Part shown: positions 25,978 to 36,116 of the stretch, in pieces | Layout: every line of letters starts with the position of its first letter | How positions within the stretch are numbered: position 1 is the first letter of the stretch | From: a virus | Reading direction: 5' to 3' (one strand) | Length of the DNA stretch: 64,000 nt | IMG/VR virus record: IMGVR_UViG_3300025131_000013 | Coordinates: 1-64,000 of that record | Program-made: the position numbers and the translations under genes | Notes under the pieces: generated by a model | The model's input: only the letters and a program-made list of their open reading frames with translations | Databases searched by the model: none | Told to the model about the DNA's origin: nothing

Positions 25978-27497
25978 TTTCCCTACTGAAAATCGCTACC
26001 AATCGGGGCAGTAAACCGGGGAGCAAAAAGAGCTTCCTTTCTGAAGATGACGCTTCAATAGGCTTGGGCTCAGCAGGAGGAAAGCTATTAGGGAAGTCCA
26101 AAGGCCTCAGGTCTGACCAGATGTGGAAGATGTATGAGCGGAATATCTGGGTCAGATCCTGTGTGGATCGGATTGCCAAGAAGATTGCTGCCACTCCTCC
26201 TATTATAAGAGGGTTTAACAAGAAGGATGCTAATACCTCTTTGACGAGTCGTCAGAAGCGACAAAAGGAACGTTTGGAGGAAATCTTTGAGAATCCTAAT
26301 AACAATGATCAGAATTGGTCGAACTTCCGTGAGGTATCTACAAAGGACATCTTGATCTACGGGCATACTGGGGTGGAGTTAGTTCCTGATCTAGTGTCTG
26401 GTGAGATCGTTGAGGTATATAACGTCACCGGATCAGAGATTCGACCCAATTTTAACTCTAGGGGTCAGTTTAAGAATGCTCAAGATGCTTACCGACAGTA
26501 TCAGCGCGGTTCTGTAGTAGCCAAATTCCCCAGGGATGAGTTTCTTTGGATGCGTGGAGAGTCGGTATCACATTCAGTTATGCCTGTCTCTCCTCTTGAA
26601 ACTTTGAGACAAACGGTGACGGCTGAACTTTACGCCTCCCAGCATAATCTTGATTTCTTTGCAAATAACGCCACCCCGCGATTGGCAGTCATGTTCGACA
26701 ATGTCGGACAGGGCCAGGGTGCTGGTGCTCTTGATAGAGCTAAATCTTGGTGGAATCGGGAACTTCTTGGACAGCCCCACAAGCCGATCTTTATGGGATC
26801 TGAACAAGGCTCGGTTAAACTTGAGACGCTTAATGTAAATAATCGGGATATGGAGTTTCAGGCCTATACTTCGTGGCTGTTGATGAAGATCATGGCGGTC
26901 TACCGTTTACAGCCTGTGGTTCTAGGAGTTATATTGGACGGCAACCAATCCAAGTTAAATTCCGCTCAGCAGATCCAGCTGTTCAAGGAGGATGCGCTTA
27001 AGCCCCAGCTTGATCTGTTCCGTGACGCCTGGACAACTAAGGTGATCTGGAATGCCTTCGGATATGATTCCTTATTCTTAGAGTTTCAGGGATTTGATCT
27101 CTGGGATGCGCAGGAGAAGGCGATCTGGCACGAGAGGTATCTGAGATCTGGAGTCTTTACGATCAATCAGGTTTTGGATGAACTCGGAATGGAGCCTGTG
27201 CCTTGGGGTGATGTTCCTTACATAGCCTCCAATCTTCAGGAATTAGGCGGGGAGGAAAACAGGACTGGGGATGCTGAGTCTTCTCCGCCATCGGCTGATT
27301 CTCCTTCATCTGAGACGGATGCCTCTAGGGAAGGTGATGCCAGACAATCAGCTCGTAAGTCTATGGCTGCTTCTGCTTCTTTGAGAGAGATAGGGGTGAG
27401 TGAGTCTCAGCTGAAAGAAGCCGGTTTGCGTCTCAGGAAGCAACACGGTAGTTTCCATGATAGGCTTATCAGTTTTCCTAAGTCGATGACCGCATAA
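25974..27497 (+). CDS. Portal protein (HK97 family)
   Basis: VRSCVDRIA, NPN, SPLETL, FFANNATP, DMEF, GVFTINQV..LGMEPVPWGD. Confidence 0.92.
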   Translation: MISLLKIATNRGSKPGSKKSFLSEDDASIGLGSAGGKLLGKSKGLRSDQMWKMYERNIWVRSCVDRIAKKIAATPPIIRGFNKKDANTSLTSRQKRQKERLEEIFENPNNNDQNWSNFREVSTKDILIYGHTGVELVPDLVSGEIVEVYNVTGSEIRPNFNSRGQFKNAQDAYRQYQRGSVVAKFPRDEFLWMRGESVSHSVMPVSPLETLRQTVTAELYASQHNLDFFANNATPRLAVMFDNVGQGQGAGALDRAKSWWNRELLGQPHKPIFMGSEQGSVKLETLNVNNRDMEFQAYTSWLLMKIMAVYRLQPVVLGVILDGNQSKLNSAQQIQLFKEDALKPQLDLFRDAWTTKVIWNAFGYDSLFLEFQGFDLWDAQEKAIWHERYLRSGVFTINQVLDELGMEPVPWGDVPYIASNLQELGGEENRTGDAESSPPSADSPSSETDASREGDARQSARKSMAASASLREIGVSESQLKEAGLRLRKQHGSFHDRLISFPKSMTA

Positions 27498-27570
27498 TAC
27501 AACTCTCTTAGTTTGATTTGAAGAAGTAACGCAAATTGCGCTGGTATACTGGATCATCGAGGCAAAATTT

Positions 27571-28731
27571 ATGAACATCCCAGATACAGCACCAGAGGGC
27601 GTCAAGATCGCGTTCCGTAAAGGCGGATGGGGTGCCGTTGAAAGGAAGTATCGGGTCACTCAAAAGAATGAGATGACTCATTTTCTCAGGAGAAAGACTG
27701 AAGTTCCTTTGCCAGGAGAGGGCTATACGAATCAAGCAGACCTTCCTGATGATGTTCAGGAGTTGCCCGGATCTGCAACCCTATATTGGATGGAGTGTTA
27801 TAACTTTGCTCTGAGTCATCACTATCCTGAGAAAGCTAAGGACGCGGCTTGGAAGGCCATTAAAAAGCGGTATTACAATAAAAAGGGTGCTTGGAGGATG
27901 AAGATGGAGAATTTGGAGAAAGTTGGCTCATTCAAGGCGAGTATGATCGCCAAGGTTCGTAAGGTTGAGAAAGATGGCGAGCCTGATCAGTTCTTTATAG
28001 AGGGAAAAGCCTCAGATACTTCGATTGATCTGGAAGATGATCGAATGGGTCCAGAGTTCATCAAGACGATGCGGGAAACTGCTGTCGGCCTCAACCTTTA
28101 TGTGGATCACGATCATACGCTCGACAAGACTATCGGAGTGATAGTCGAATCGGATGGTGATGATGACAACTTCTTCATCAAGGCACGCCTTGAAAGTCCT
28201 GAGAGTAATTCTCATGTAGCTTCGATTATCAGCAAATCCGAAGCGGGTATTCAGATCGGCTTTTCTATTGGTGGTCGAATCCTTAAGGCTGTAAAGCAGC
28301 ACGCTGAAGAGATTGGTAGAGCGGTCCGCACAATCGTTAAAGGCGTCTTAGCGGAAGTATCTGTTACCACAATGCCTGCCAACCCCAACGCTAGAACTTC
28401 TTCATTATCTCTCGCAAAGTCACTACACGGTGCACTTGATGATCTGGAAGAAGATGGGACCTTTGATCCCGATGACGCAGAGATCATCAAGATCCTAGAA
28501 GAAGTATTTGAGATGGATCAGGTTCGTGCTGCTTTGAGTCGGCTGACCTGGTCGTTTATTGACCTTACGCTGGATATTGTCCACTCTGACGATCTCGCTC
28601 CTGGTGCCAAGCAGGACAAGATTATAGAAGTGTCGAGTGAGTTCGCTACGGCAATATCTTCACTGTCCACCAAATTAGCAGATTTTATCGCAGGACAAGA
28701 TGACTTCCTGGAGGCAAGCGAGGCCGCTTAG
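27571..28731 (+). CDS. Prohead maturation protease with N-terminal ChaB-like domain
   Basis: IEGKAS..SIDLEDD, HDH..TIG, GFSIGG, LAEVSVTTMPANP; N-terminal DLP..VQELP...YN.A....AAWKAIKKRY..KKG.W. Confidence 0.85.
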   Translation: MNIPDTAPEGVKIAFRKGGWGAVERKYRVTQKNEMTHFLRRKTEVPLPGEGYTNQADLPDDVQELPGSATLYWMECYNFALSHHYPEKAKDAAWKAIKKRYYNKKGAWRMKMENLEKVGSFKASMIAKVRKVEKDGEPDQFFIEGKASDTSIDLEDDRMGPEFIKTMRETAVGLNLYVDHDHTLDKTIGVIVESDGDDDNFFIKARLESPESNSHVASIISKSEAGIQIGFSIGGRILKAVKQHAEEIGRAVRTIVKGVLAEVSVTTMPANPNARTSSLSLAKSLHGALDDLEEDGTFDPDDAEIIKILEEVFEMDQVRAALSRLTWSFIDLTLDIVHSDDLAPGAKQDKIIEVSSEFATAISSLSTKLADFIAGQDDFLEASEAA

Positions 28732-28761
28732 CATACCCAGGTTGCAAAAGGAGGTGAAAAC

Positions 28762-29337
28762 GTGACAGATAAAACCAAACAGAGCTTGGCTGATTCCATC
28801 GGGTCGATGATTACGAAAGCAATCGCGACAGGGGAAGTGCCTGAGGAGGAGACTCCGAAAACTGCCTCAACCGAAGAAATCACCAAGTCCGTGACCGAGG
28901 GTGTTCTGGCCCAGTTGGCAGATAGTCCGGTTTTTAAGGCGATTGCGGGAGCGCAGACGCCGGCAGAACCAGATCCGAACGCTGACATTAAGAAGTATGT
29001 CCGGCGTTACGTCCGTAAAGCGGTCCAGGAGGCTTCTGAAGTCCTCAGTATCGAAATCATCAAGGGTGTTTCGACATCTGTGATGGAAATGTTCGGTGGC
29101 GAGGAGCAGATCAAGAAACTGAATAAGATCGGCTCTAAGCTCAAGGTTGTCGGGACCAAGAAATCTCAGGCCCCGGTTGACGATGGTGAGGATGACGGCG
29201 AAGAAGATGAGGTTGTCGAGAAGAAGTCCAAGAAGTTTGCCAAACGAGATGCTCGTAGGGAGTCCGGTAAGCGTGGGACTGAAGAGCAACTCGATAAGCA
29301 CTTGGGCAAGATGGCCAGAGAAGCGTTGAAAGGCTAA
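28762..29337 (+). CDS. Scaffold-like protein
   Basis: Lies between protease and MCP; charged and helical. Confidence 0.65.
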   Translation: MTDKTKQSLADSIGSMITKAIATGEVPEEETPKTASTEEITKSVTEGVLAQLADSPVFKAIAGAQTPAEPDPNADIKKYVRRYVRKAVQEASEVLSIEIIKGVSTSVMEMFGGEEQIKKLNKIGSKLKVVGTKKSQAPVDDGEDDGEEDEVVEKKSKKFAKRDARRESGKRGTEEQLDKHLGKMAREALKG

Positions 29338-29413
29338 TCCTGCTATGGGGCAGGTAGTATTTCCTACAGCCGTTACGGGCTGAGAGTCTGATCCGGAAAG
29401 GTGGTGTTTCAAA

Positions 29414-30406
29414 ATGGATGAAGATGTTGTCCTAGTGCTCGGTGATTTGGATGATGCCCTCGAAAAACAGCAGTCTACGACTGCTGGTGTCGGTGGTGAC
29501 TTTCTTCCGGTCCCGTTGGCGAATACCTTTATTGATCTCGTAAGAGATCAGAACTGGGTCCGCCAACTGGTCCAGACCGTGCCGATGGGCTCCAAGACCC
29601 TTGATTTCCCAAAGATTCTAACAGGTCCGTCAGTGTATTACGAGTCAGCTGAGAATGCGCAGGCAGTAGAAACAAGCATGACGACTGGTTCGGTGCGTCT
29701 GACAGCCAAGAAGCTCTTTGCGCAGTTAAAGGCGTCTGAGGAACTCTTTGAGGATGCTGCGTTCGATATGGATACGATCATCCGACAGCATTTCGTGAAT
29801 TCCCTGGCTGATGCCGAGGAAGAAGCGTTTGTTGACGGTGAAACTACCCATACCGCCTCAGCAGTAACCCCAGGAGCTGCTACGGAGTCCAATTGGTATA
29901 CGAAAGATCACCGTCTGATTTTCGACGGGTTGGCTACACTCTCGACTGCCTCAGGGGCTGCAACGGGTGTCAACGGCGCAGGTGCGTCGATTACTTCCGC
30001 TATGATTAGGGAAGCAATCTACAACCTGGGCGTTTATGCGCGTTCAATGAAGGATGTGGTTGTCCTTCTTAACCCTTGGTCGGCGAACGAGCTTTTGGAT
30101 GACGCCAAGCTCGTAACTCTCGACAAGTATGGTTCCCAGGCGACGATTTTCACGGGAGAAATTGGCCGGCTGTACGGCCAGGCACGCGTTCTGACCTCGC
30201 CGTATCTGGCAGACGGTAAGGGTGTGTTCTTCCACCGGGGTAATCCTCTGATTGGTGACCGCAGACTTGTGCGTCTGCGCGGTGAGGATGTTATTGAGTA
30301 TGATCAGCGAAGGCTGGTGATCTCAGAGCGTCTTGACTTCGTGGTGCAGTATGCTAACGCCATCGGCGAGATGTTTAACTTGGATCGTCCTGGATCTGGC
30401 TCCTAA
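29414..30406 (+). CDS. Major capsid protein (HK97 fold)
   Basis: GGDFLP..LAN.FI, VRLTAKKL...SEELFED, EEEAFVDG, ERLDF. Confidence 0.92.
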   Translation: MDEDVVLVLGDLDDALEKQQSTTAGVGGDFLPVPLANTFIDLVRDQNWVRQLVQTVPMGSKTLDFPKILTGPSVYYESAENAQAVETSMTTGSVRLTAKKLFAQLKASEELFEDAAFDMDTIIRQHFVNSLADAEEEAFVDGETTHTASAVTPGAATESNWYTKDHRLIFDGLATLSTASGAATGVNGAGASITSAMIREAIYNLGVYARSMKDVVVLLNPWSANELLDDAKLVTLDKYGSQATIFTGEIGRLYGQARVLTSPYLADGKGVFFHRGNPLIGDRRLVRLRGEDVIEYDQRRLVISERLDFVVQYANAIGEMFNLDRPGSGS

Positions 30407-30430
30407 CCATTAGGTTAAGACCAGACCTAA

Positions 30431-30467
30431 ATGAAGGGGGCGGGGCTTTGGCCTCGTCCCTTTCATT
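30431..30467 (+). terminator. Hairpin/terminator after MCP
   Basis: ATGAAGGGGGCGGGGC/GCCTCGTCCCTTTCAT with G-U pairs. Confidence 0.55.
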
Positions 30468-30494
30468 GTATATAGTCTTAAAGGAGGTAGTTGG

Positions 30495-30629
30495 ATGAAA
30501 GAGGTATTTAAAAGTAAGACAGATGGAGAGCCGAAGCCGATCAAGAAAGAGATGATAGGCCAACGGACCCCTGAAGAGAAGAAGCGCAAGAAAGAGACAG
30601 AATTGAGGAAGGGATGTTTGATATATTAG
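30495..30629 (+). CDS. 44-aa basic peptide
   Basis: AAGGAGGT SD; Lys-rich. Confidence 0.45.
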   Translation: MKEVFKSKTDGEPKPIKKEMIGQRTPEEKKRKKETELRKGCLIY

Positions 30630-31204
30630 GTGCAGTAAGCTCTATAGCGACAGGAGGATTAACTGGACTCATCGGGTCCGGTATTTCGCAGTTTATGGAG
30701 CACAGGAAGCAAAAGACTGAATACGCCCATCAGCTTGCTTCTCGTAGACTTGATCTAGAGATAGTTGAGAAGAAGGCAGAGCTTCAGATCAAGGTAAAAG
30801 AGACCGATGCGAATATCGCGCTTGAGATTGAGGCTGGAAAAGATTTTAGGAACTCATTTGATAACGATAAGGCTAGATATGTTGATTCTAGTCGGACTGG
30901 TGCTGTTGTTAACTTTCTTCTAGGGTGTGTGGATGTAATTAGAGGGATGATCAGGCCAGTAGCTACTATTTTCTTCAGCTATTTGACCTATTCTATCTCA
31001 GACTCCCTTTTGACTCTATTAGGGGGAATTGATCAACTTCCCAGAGAACAATTAGTTGATCTCCTTAATAGAGTCACCCAAACAATACTGTATATCGCTA
31101 CGACTTGTATTTTATGGTGGTTCGGAACTAGGCCACCAAAGATGAACCAATATACCGGAGGTGTCTATGCCGCACAACGTGGCGAAGCACAGCGTTCTGG
31201 TTGA
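30614..31204 (+). CDS. Putative 3TM holin (GTA_holin_3TM-like)
   Basis: N-terminal Gly-rich helix, RGMIRP, WWFGTR. Confidence 0.65.
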   Translation: MFDILGAVSSIATGGLTGLIGSGISQFMEHRKQKTEYAHQLASRRLDLEIVEKKAELQIKVKETDANIALEIEAGKDFRNSFDNDKARYVDSSRTGAVVNFLLGCVDVIRGMIRPVATIFFSYLTYSISDSLLTLLGGIDQLPREQLVDLLNRVTQTILYIATTCILWWFGTRPPKMNQYTGGVYAAQRGEAQRSG

Positions 31205-31261
31205 CCCCGCATTTGTGTAGTTTTCGTCGTTAAGAGTAACGCCTAATCAGGAGTCAAGATT

Positions 31262-33385
31262 GTGAATAAGTTTGAAGGTAAGAATTTTGTGAATCCGGGC
31301 AATGTTAAGATTGATGATCCCAAGGCCGCGATTGCTATCGAAGCTCAGATCCTTTCGGATTTGATTATTGATCGAAAGCAAACCGGCCATGAATCATTGG
31401 GTGATAAGGATGCCCTGATCCAAGTAGCTCATGATGTTGATTGGGTTACTCTCCGAATAGCCAAGAGGCTTATTAAGGAGGCAGGACCACGAAAAGCTAT
31501 CGCGCTTGCTCAACTAGCGTCAGGGAATCTCTTTACTCCGCATAACGAGATACGGACGATAGAGAGAAAGCCCGGGAAATCATGTGCATTCTTCTCTGAC
31601 GGTCGTTCCTTCTATACGGGTGGTCGCTACAGCGTTTTTATGCACGCCGTCTTACTGGCCGAGGTGATGAATGTCACTTGGCTGACTGATGAACCCCTTC
31701 CGTTTGAGTCAGACTTCCCAGATCATAAGGTCAAGGTCATTGAAGACGCTCGGATATTTGAGCGGAAGATGGAGGATCTTGGTGTTGACTTTGTAGTTGG
31801 ACTCCCCAATCTATCAGGACAAGCTGCAGCCGCTTATTCGGAGCAGTTCAAGATCCCCTATTATTTGGTGATGTTTGAATCGCCGAATTTCATCAAGGAG
31901 TTCAGGAGTGATGGGGAAGATGCGAAGGAAACCTACTGGACTGACTATAAGAAGTGTATGCGTGGTTGCGACGCTGTTATCGCTCATAGCAATGTTAGTG
32001 CGGACTTTACTCGTGATTGGCTCTCTGACGGAGAAGGTAGACTCCCTCCAGTCCGAGTAACTCACCCTACGTGGAATAAGACAATACTTGACGCTGAACT
32101 GTTTAGCCAGCTCAAACCTAGAGAGGGTGTGGTAATTTGCTCCCGCTCTGCTCCGTTCAAAGATCCGTATGCTCTGCTAGTTGAGCTGGATAAGATAGGC
32201 TTTAAAGAGCGAGTGGTAATAATCGGAAAGACTTGGAAGACAGATCGTTACGAGAAGGATTGGTCTTTTGAGTTGATCCTATACGGGACTATCTCAGATA
32301 CTAGAAAGTTCTCGTATCTGAAGCAAGCCAAAGTTCTCGCTATGCCCTCCCAATTTGAAGGATTTGGGATGCCTCCAATGGAGGCACTGGCGTGCGGAAC
32401 TCCGGTGATCGCTTATGATCTGCCCGTTCTTAAGTCGATTTATGAAGGGGAGATTGTCTACACCCCTATAGGTAATGCTGGTTTGATGGCACGGCGTATA
32501 GTAGAGGCGTGTGATCCTGAGATCAGAGACATACCTTTCCAATCAAAGCCAATCCTCAAAAAGCTCTCCCCGCGTAGTGCGTTAACTTCCCTAAAGCGCG
32601 CCTTCCCAGGCCCATTAACACTTGGAGTAGGCATTATTGCCTACGATATAGGGGATTGGGTAGGAAAGGCAATTGAGAACGCCGCCCAGTATGCTGACGA
32701 GGTCTATATTGTCCACGGACGGTGCGCTGACTTCCCTGAAGCTCCTCACGGAGACCAGCATACGATTGAGGAGATTGAGCACGCCATCTCTCAGATAGAC
32801 GTTCCGGTGTTCTTCCATCGGCTGGGAGAGCATATCCCTCCGACTAAGGTTGCTCTCCAAAACTTCATCGCCGAACGGGTTGAGACCGACATCTATATGA
32901 AGCAGGATGCGGATGAGTTCTGGCATCCAGAAGATGTTCAGAAGGCTCTGGAGATGTTCGTTGAGGATGAGGAATTGGACATCATCCGAGTGTCCTGGCA
33001 TCACTTCTGGAAGAATTTGAAGCAGGTTACTTGTGATGCCGGAGGTCAGTGGACGAATAAGCACCCTCGCTTCTGGAGATGGAACTCAGGGTTCTCCCAT
33101 ACCTTTACCCATAACAACTTTGTCGACGCAGATGGTATAGAAGTCAGACCACCGGACTATCCAGAGGTTGTAACAGACCTAACCTGCTATCACTGCGGGT
33201 ATGCTCGGGGTGAAGAGTATGTCCAGCGCAAGATCGAGTTCTATCGGGATAGGGGAATTGAGAAGGATGTTAAAGATACCTATACCGATTGGAAGCCTGG
33301 AGATCGGACTCAGCCTACCCAGCACGCTAATGTGAATAGCTGGGTCGAGCCGTTCAAGGGTAAGTTGCCGGAGATCCTGAAATGA
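31262..33385 (+). CDS. Bifunctional glycosyltransferase (GT4 + GT2 domains)
   Basis: PSQFEGFGMPPMEALACGTPVIAYDLP; second domain with QDADEF. Confidence 0.85.
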   Translation: MNKFEGKNFVNPGNVKIDDPKAAIAIEAQILSDLIIDRKQTGHESLGDKDALIQVAHDVDWVTLRIAKRLIKEAGPRKAIALAQLASGNLFTPHNEIRTIERKPGKSCAFFSDGRSFYTGGRYSVFMHAVLLAEVMNVTWLTDEPLPFESDFPDHKVKVIEDARIFERKMEDLGVDFVVGLPNLSGQAAAAYSEQFKIPYYLVMFESPNFIKEFRSDGEDAKETYWTDYKKCMRGCDAVIAHSNVSADFTRDWLSDGEGRLPPVRVTHPTWNKTILDAELFSQLKPREGVVICSRSAPFKDPYALLVELDKIGFKERVVIIGKTWKTDRYEKDWSFELILYGTISDTRKFSYLKQAKVLAMPSQFEGFGMPPMEALACGTPVIAYDLPVLKSIYEGEIVYTPIGNAGLMARRIVEACDPEIRDIPFQSKPILKKLSPRSALTSLKRAFPGPLTLGVGIIAYDIGDWVGKAIENAAQYADEVYIVHGRCADFPEAPHGDQHTIEEIEHAISQIDVPVFFHRLGEHIPPTKVALQNFIAERVETDIYMKQDADEFWHPEDVQKALEMFVEDEELDIIRVSWHHFWKNLKQVTCDAGGQWTNKHPRFWRWNSGFSHTFTHNNFVDADGIEVRPPDYPEVVTDLTCYHCGYARGEEYVQRKIEFYRDRGIEKDVKDTYTDWKPGDRTQPTQHANVNSWVEPFKGKLPEILK

Positions 33386-34260
33386 GGATTTGTATAATCA
33401 GGAACAATAATCCGGGGCACGTCCAGATAGCAGATATGCTCTGGAGGTCAGCCTTAAGACTAGGGCATACTCCTGTTCTTGCCGGGGCAAATGATATGTC
33501 CCCAAGACCAGCGGATATGACCATCCTAGTCAATATCGTCCCTAAAGCTATGGCGGCAGTCAATAAGGCTACTGGGACTCTCGGCAGGATACGTAATAAG
33601 GTGTATATCAATCTTGAGAACTTGCCTTTTGCCGAGGGCAGTGGTCAGTTCGAGAGATACAGGATCAAAGAGTTTAACGCCCAGATAGAGATTTTCAATC
33701 CTGGCTGCGTAACACTCTGCGACCCCGGAGTGTATGATCGGGTGTCCCTTAAGAAGCTAGGCGTGATGATGCCTCGCCAGTTCTACGATAAAGGGTTCTT
33801 GTATGATCCAGACTTCCATAGGGATCTAAGGATGCTTAAGGATTTGGGAGCTTGTTTTATAGGGAGCTTGAGCGAGGACAGGAAAGAGAAGTTGGCGTCT
33901 ATTCGGAAGGTGAATGTCTTTCGATCCTGGGGGTATGAGAAGGTATCCTTGATGAACCGACACGCCATCTCCCTGAACTTCCAAAAGCGGGATGAGCACA
34001 ACTTCAAGACGTATAGGGCAGTAGACGCGATAATGTGTGGGTGCCTGTTCTTAACAGAGCAGGATGACTTCCATACTACTTTCCCTGATGATTGTTATGT
34101 CTCAGTCCCGATAGAGGATATGCCTGAGGCGGTGGAGTATTATCTTGAACACTCCAACGAGAGGGAAAAGATAGTAGGTTTGGCCCAGGAGTTCATCAAG
34201 AGTAATTTTGGAGTAGACCAGTATCTAAGTGGACTAGTAGAGGAATTTCAAGATGCCTGA
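33382..34260 (+). CDS. CgeB-like glycosyltransferase
   Basis: FIGSLS..R, ISLNF, R..DAIMCG.LFLTE, EYYLEH..ERE.I. Confidence 0.75.
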   Translation: MRICIIRNNNPGHVQIADMLWRSALRLGHTPVLAGANDMSPRPADMTILVNIVPKAMAAVNKATGTLGRIRNKVYINLENLPFAEGSGQFERYRIKEFNAQIEIFNPGCVTLCDPGVYDRVSLKKLGVMMPRQFYDKGFLYDPDFHRDLRMLKDLGACFIGSLSEDRKEKLASIRKVNVFRSWGYEKVSLMNRHAISLNFQKRDEHNFKTYRAVDAIMCGCLFLTEQDDFHTTFPDDCYVSVPIEDMPEAVEYYLEHSNEREKIVGLAQEFIKSNFGVDQYLSGLVEEFQDA

Positions 34261-35545
34261 TAAAGTTGATGGCTTGCGGGATATAGTGAATAATCTGAAG
34301 AAGAAGGATCGAGACTCCACTATCTTGTTCACCGAAGAAGAGATCATGGAGATTCGTCACGGTCAATCTTCAGAAGAGGACAGGAAAGCCTTGTTTGATG
34401 CCGTCAGGGAGAGGCCAGGATTCCAAGCTCCTGGAGCAGCAGCTCACGCCAGCAGACCGGAGATGATCGCTAGAGAAGGGCAGGAGAATATGACTAGTGA
34501 TCAACTAGCTGATCTCCTTATGCTCAAGCTACAGGTAACTCCTCAGCACAAGATACCTTTCACGGGGACTAAGGTCAATGTCAATAGTTGGTCTAACGCG
34601 ACTAGGACATTCAGATGTTGGGGAGACTACTGGGCCTGGATGCAATTGGGTCGTGCGTTTACTGAATTGGGCTACCATTTTAATGTTGATCCTGGGATCT
34701 CTGACGTCACAGTGTATCTGAGGGGCGGTCGATTCAAGACCGACGATCATTGGCAGGTCCCAAATCGGATCAACCCAAATACCCACAATATTGTCTGGAT
34801 CTATTCTCATCCGGACGACATATCGAGTCTTGAGCTTCGGGACTACGATGAGGTATGGTGCCTCTCCCAGAAAATGGTCGATCAAGTTCAGGCTTACGGG
34901 CACAAGGGATTAGTTGAGACTCCTATTACTTCGTGCACAAACATGGTGGAGCCTTCTACAGTCGATGACCGCTTCGACGTAGTATTTATCGGGAATGCCC
35001 GAGGTCAGACAATTAACGAGGATGGTAGGGACGTCATCCAGATGCTGAAGGATCGATCGGATCTAAACGTAGGCATCTACGGGATGAAGTGGGATCTCCC
35101 TCATCTTAGCTGGGTAGTAGATCGAGGATGGTGGCAGGGTGACTACTACGCCTACTACAAGCTACCAAGACTCTACAGCGGAGCAAAGGTAGTCCTGAAT
35201 GATACTCACCCCGATATGGCTAGGTTCGGGTTCATCCCGATGAAGCTATTCGATATCATTAGATCAGGTGGATTCCCGATCACGGACGGCATCGCTGGTC
35301 TTGAGGAGAAGCTCCCAGAGATAGCTGTCTATGAAAGCAAGAAGAATCTCAACGATCTGATTGACTATTACCTGGAGGAATCAGACGAGCGGACTGAGAG
35401 ACAGCGCGATATGTGGTATCGTATCAAGGATGATACCTTTACCGCAAGAGCAGCAGAAGCAGTCGAGAGTTCTCATTACGAGGGATGGAAGTCAAGAGAG
35501 TCAGTATCGCAGGAGATGTTCGATGTCCACCGAGTTGAAGCTTGA
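34253..35545 (+). CDS. CgeB-like glycosyltransferase
   Basis: DVVFIGN, YSGAKVVLNDTHPDMARFGFI..KLFD. Confidence 0.8.
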   Translation: MPDKVDGLRDIVNNLKKKDRDSTILFTEEEIMEIRHGQSSEEDRKALFDAVRERPGFQAPGAAAHASRPEMIAREGQENMTSDQLADLLMLKLQVTPQHKIPFTGTKVNVNSWSNATRTFRCWGDYWAWMQLGRAFTELGYHFNVDPGISDVTVYLRGGRFKTDDHWQVPNRINPNTHNIVWIYSHPDDISSLELRDYDEVWCLSQKMVDQVQAYGHKGLVETPITSCTNMVEPSTVDDRFDVVFIGNARGQTINEDGRDVIQMLKDRSDLNVGIYGMKWDLPHLSWVVDRGWWQGDYYAYYKLPRLYSGAKVVLNDTHPDMARFGFIPMKLFDIIRSGGFPITDGIAGLEEKLPEIAVYESKKNLNDLIDYYLEESDERTERQRDMWYRIKDDTFTARAAEAVESSHYEGWKSRESVSQEMFDVHRVEA

Positions 35546-36116
35546 GGTAGGGTGCGGCGGTAGATTGCCTGGAGGCTATATCGGAGTAGATATAGTCCAG
35601 ACTAAGGCAGTCAAAGGGAAGCCGTTTATCTATGGTGAGGCTGCTAAGATACCGTTTCAAAGCGGGACGGTAGATGAGGTATCCTGCTGTCATATGGTAG
35701 AGCATCTTGACCCTAGATACTTTGTGAGTTGTCTACTTGAATGGCGTAGAGTTCTGAAGGTAGGCGGGGCGTTGGTTATCCAATGCCCTAATGCTATTGT
35801 CTACCTAGAGGAACTTCTTGAGTTCTTTAGAGATGGTGGATTACCTCGCGCACCACGGCTAGAGCCGCAGAGGTATCCAGATGAGATGAAGAACCGACCG
35901 TATGAGATGTGGCCTATAATCCAGGTCACCGGACTTGCTTCGATAGGAGACCATATGGTTAATCGGAATCACTTCTCTATAGAGCATCTGAGATTCTACG
36001 TCGAGATATACGGTGGCTTTGAGATAAAGGAAGCCAAAGTCAAAAGGACTAGGCAGAGTCACGGAATCGAACATCGACCTGACGGAGATTTAATTGTCCG
36101 AGGAACAAAAAGATGA
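35523..36116 (+). CDS. Class I SAM-dependent methyltransferase (Methyltransf_11-like)
   Basis: LEVGCGG..GYIGVD, IPF.SGTVDEV..HMVEH, EWRRVLKVGG. Confidence 0.85.
   Translation: MSTELKLEVGCGGRLPGGYIGVDIVQTKAVKGKPFIYGEAAKIPFQSGTVDEVSCCHMVEHLDPRYFVSCLLEWRRVLKVGGALVIQCPNAIVYLEELLEFFRDGGLPRAPRLEPQRYPDEMKNRPYEMWPIIQVTGLASIGDHMVNRNHFSIEHLRFYVEIYGGFEIKEAKVKRTRQSHGIEHRPDGDLIVRGTKR

Noticed and set aside
28762-30406. Scaffold-capsid read-through fusion
   Set aside because: The ORFs are in different frames and the MCP has its own SD-like AAAGGTGG
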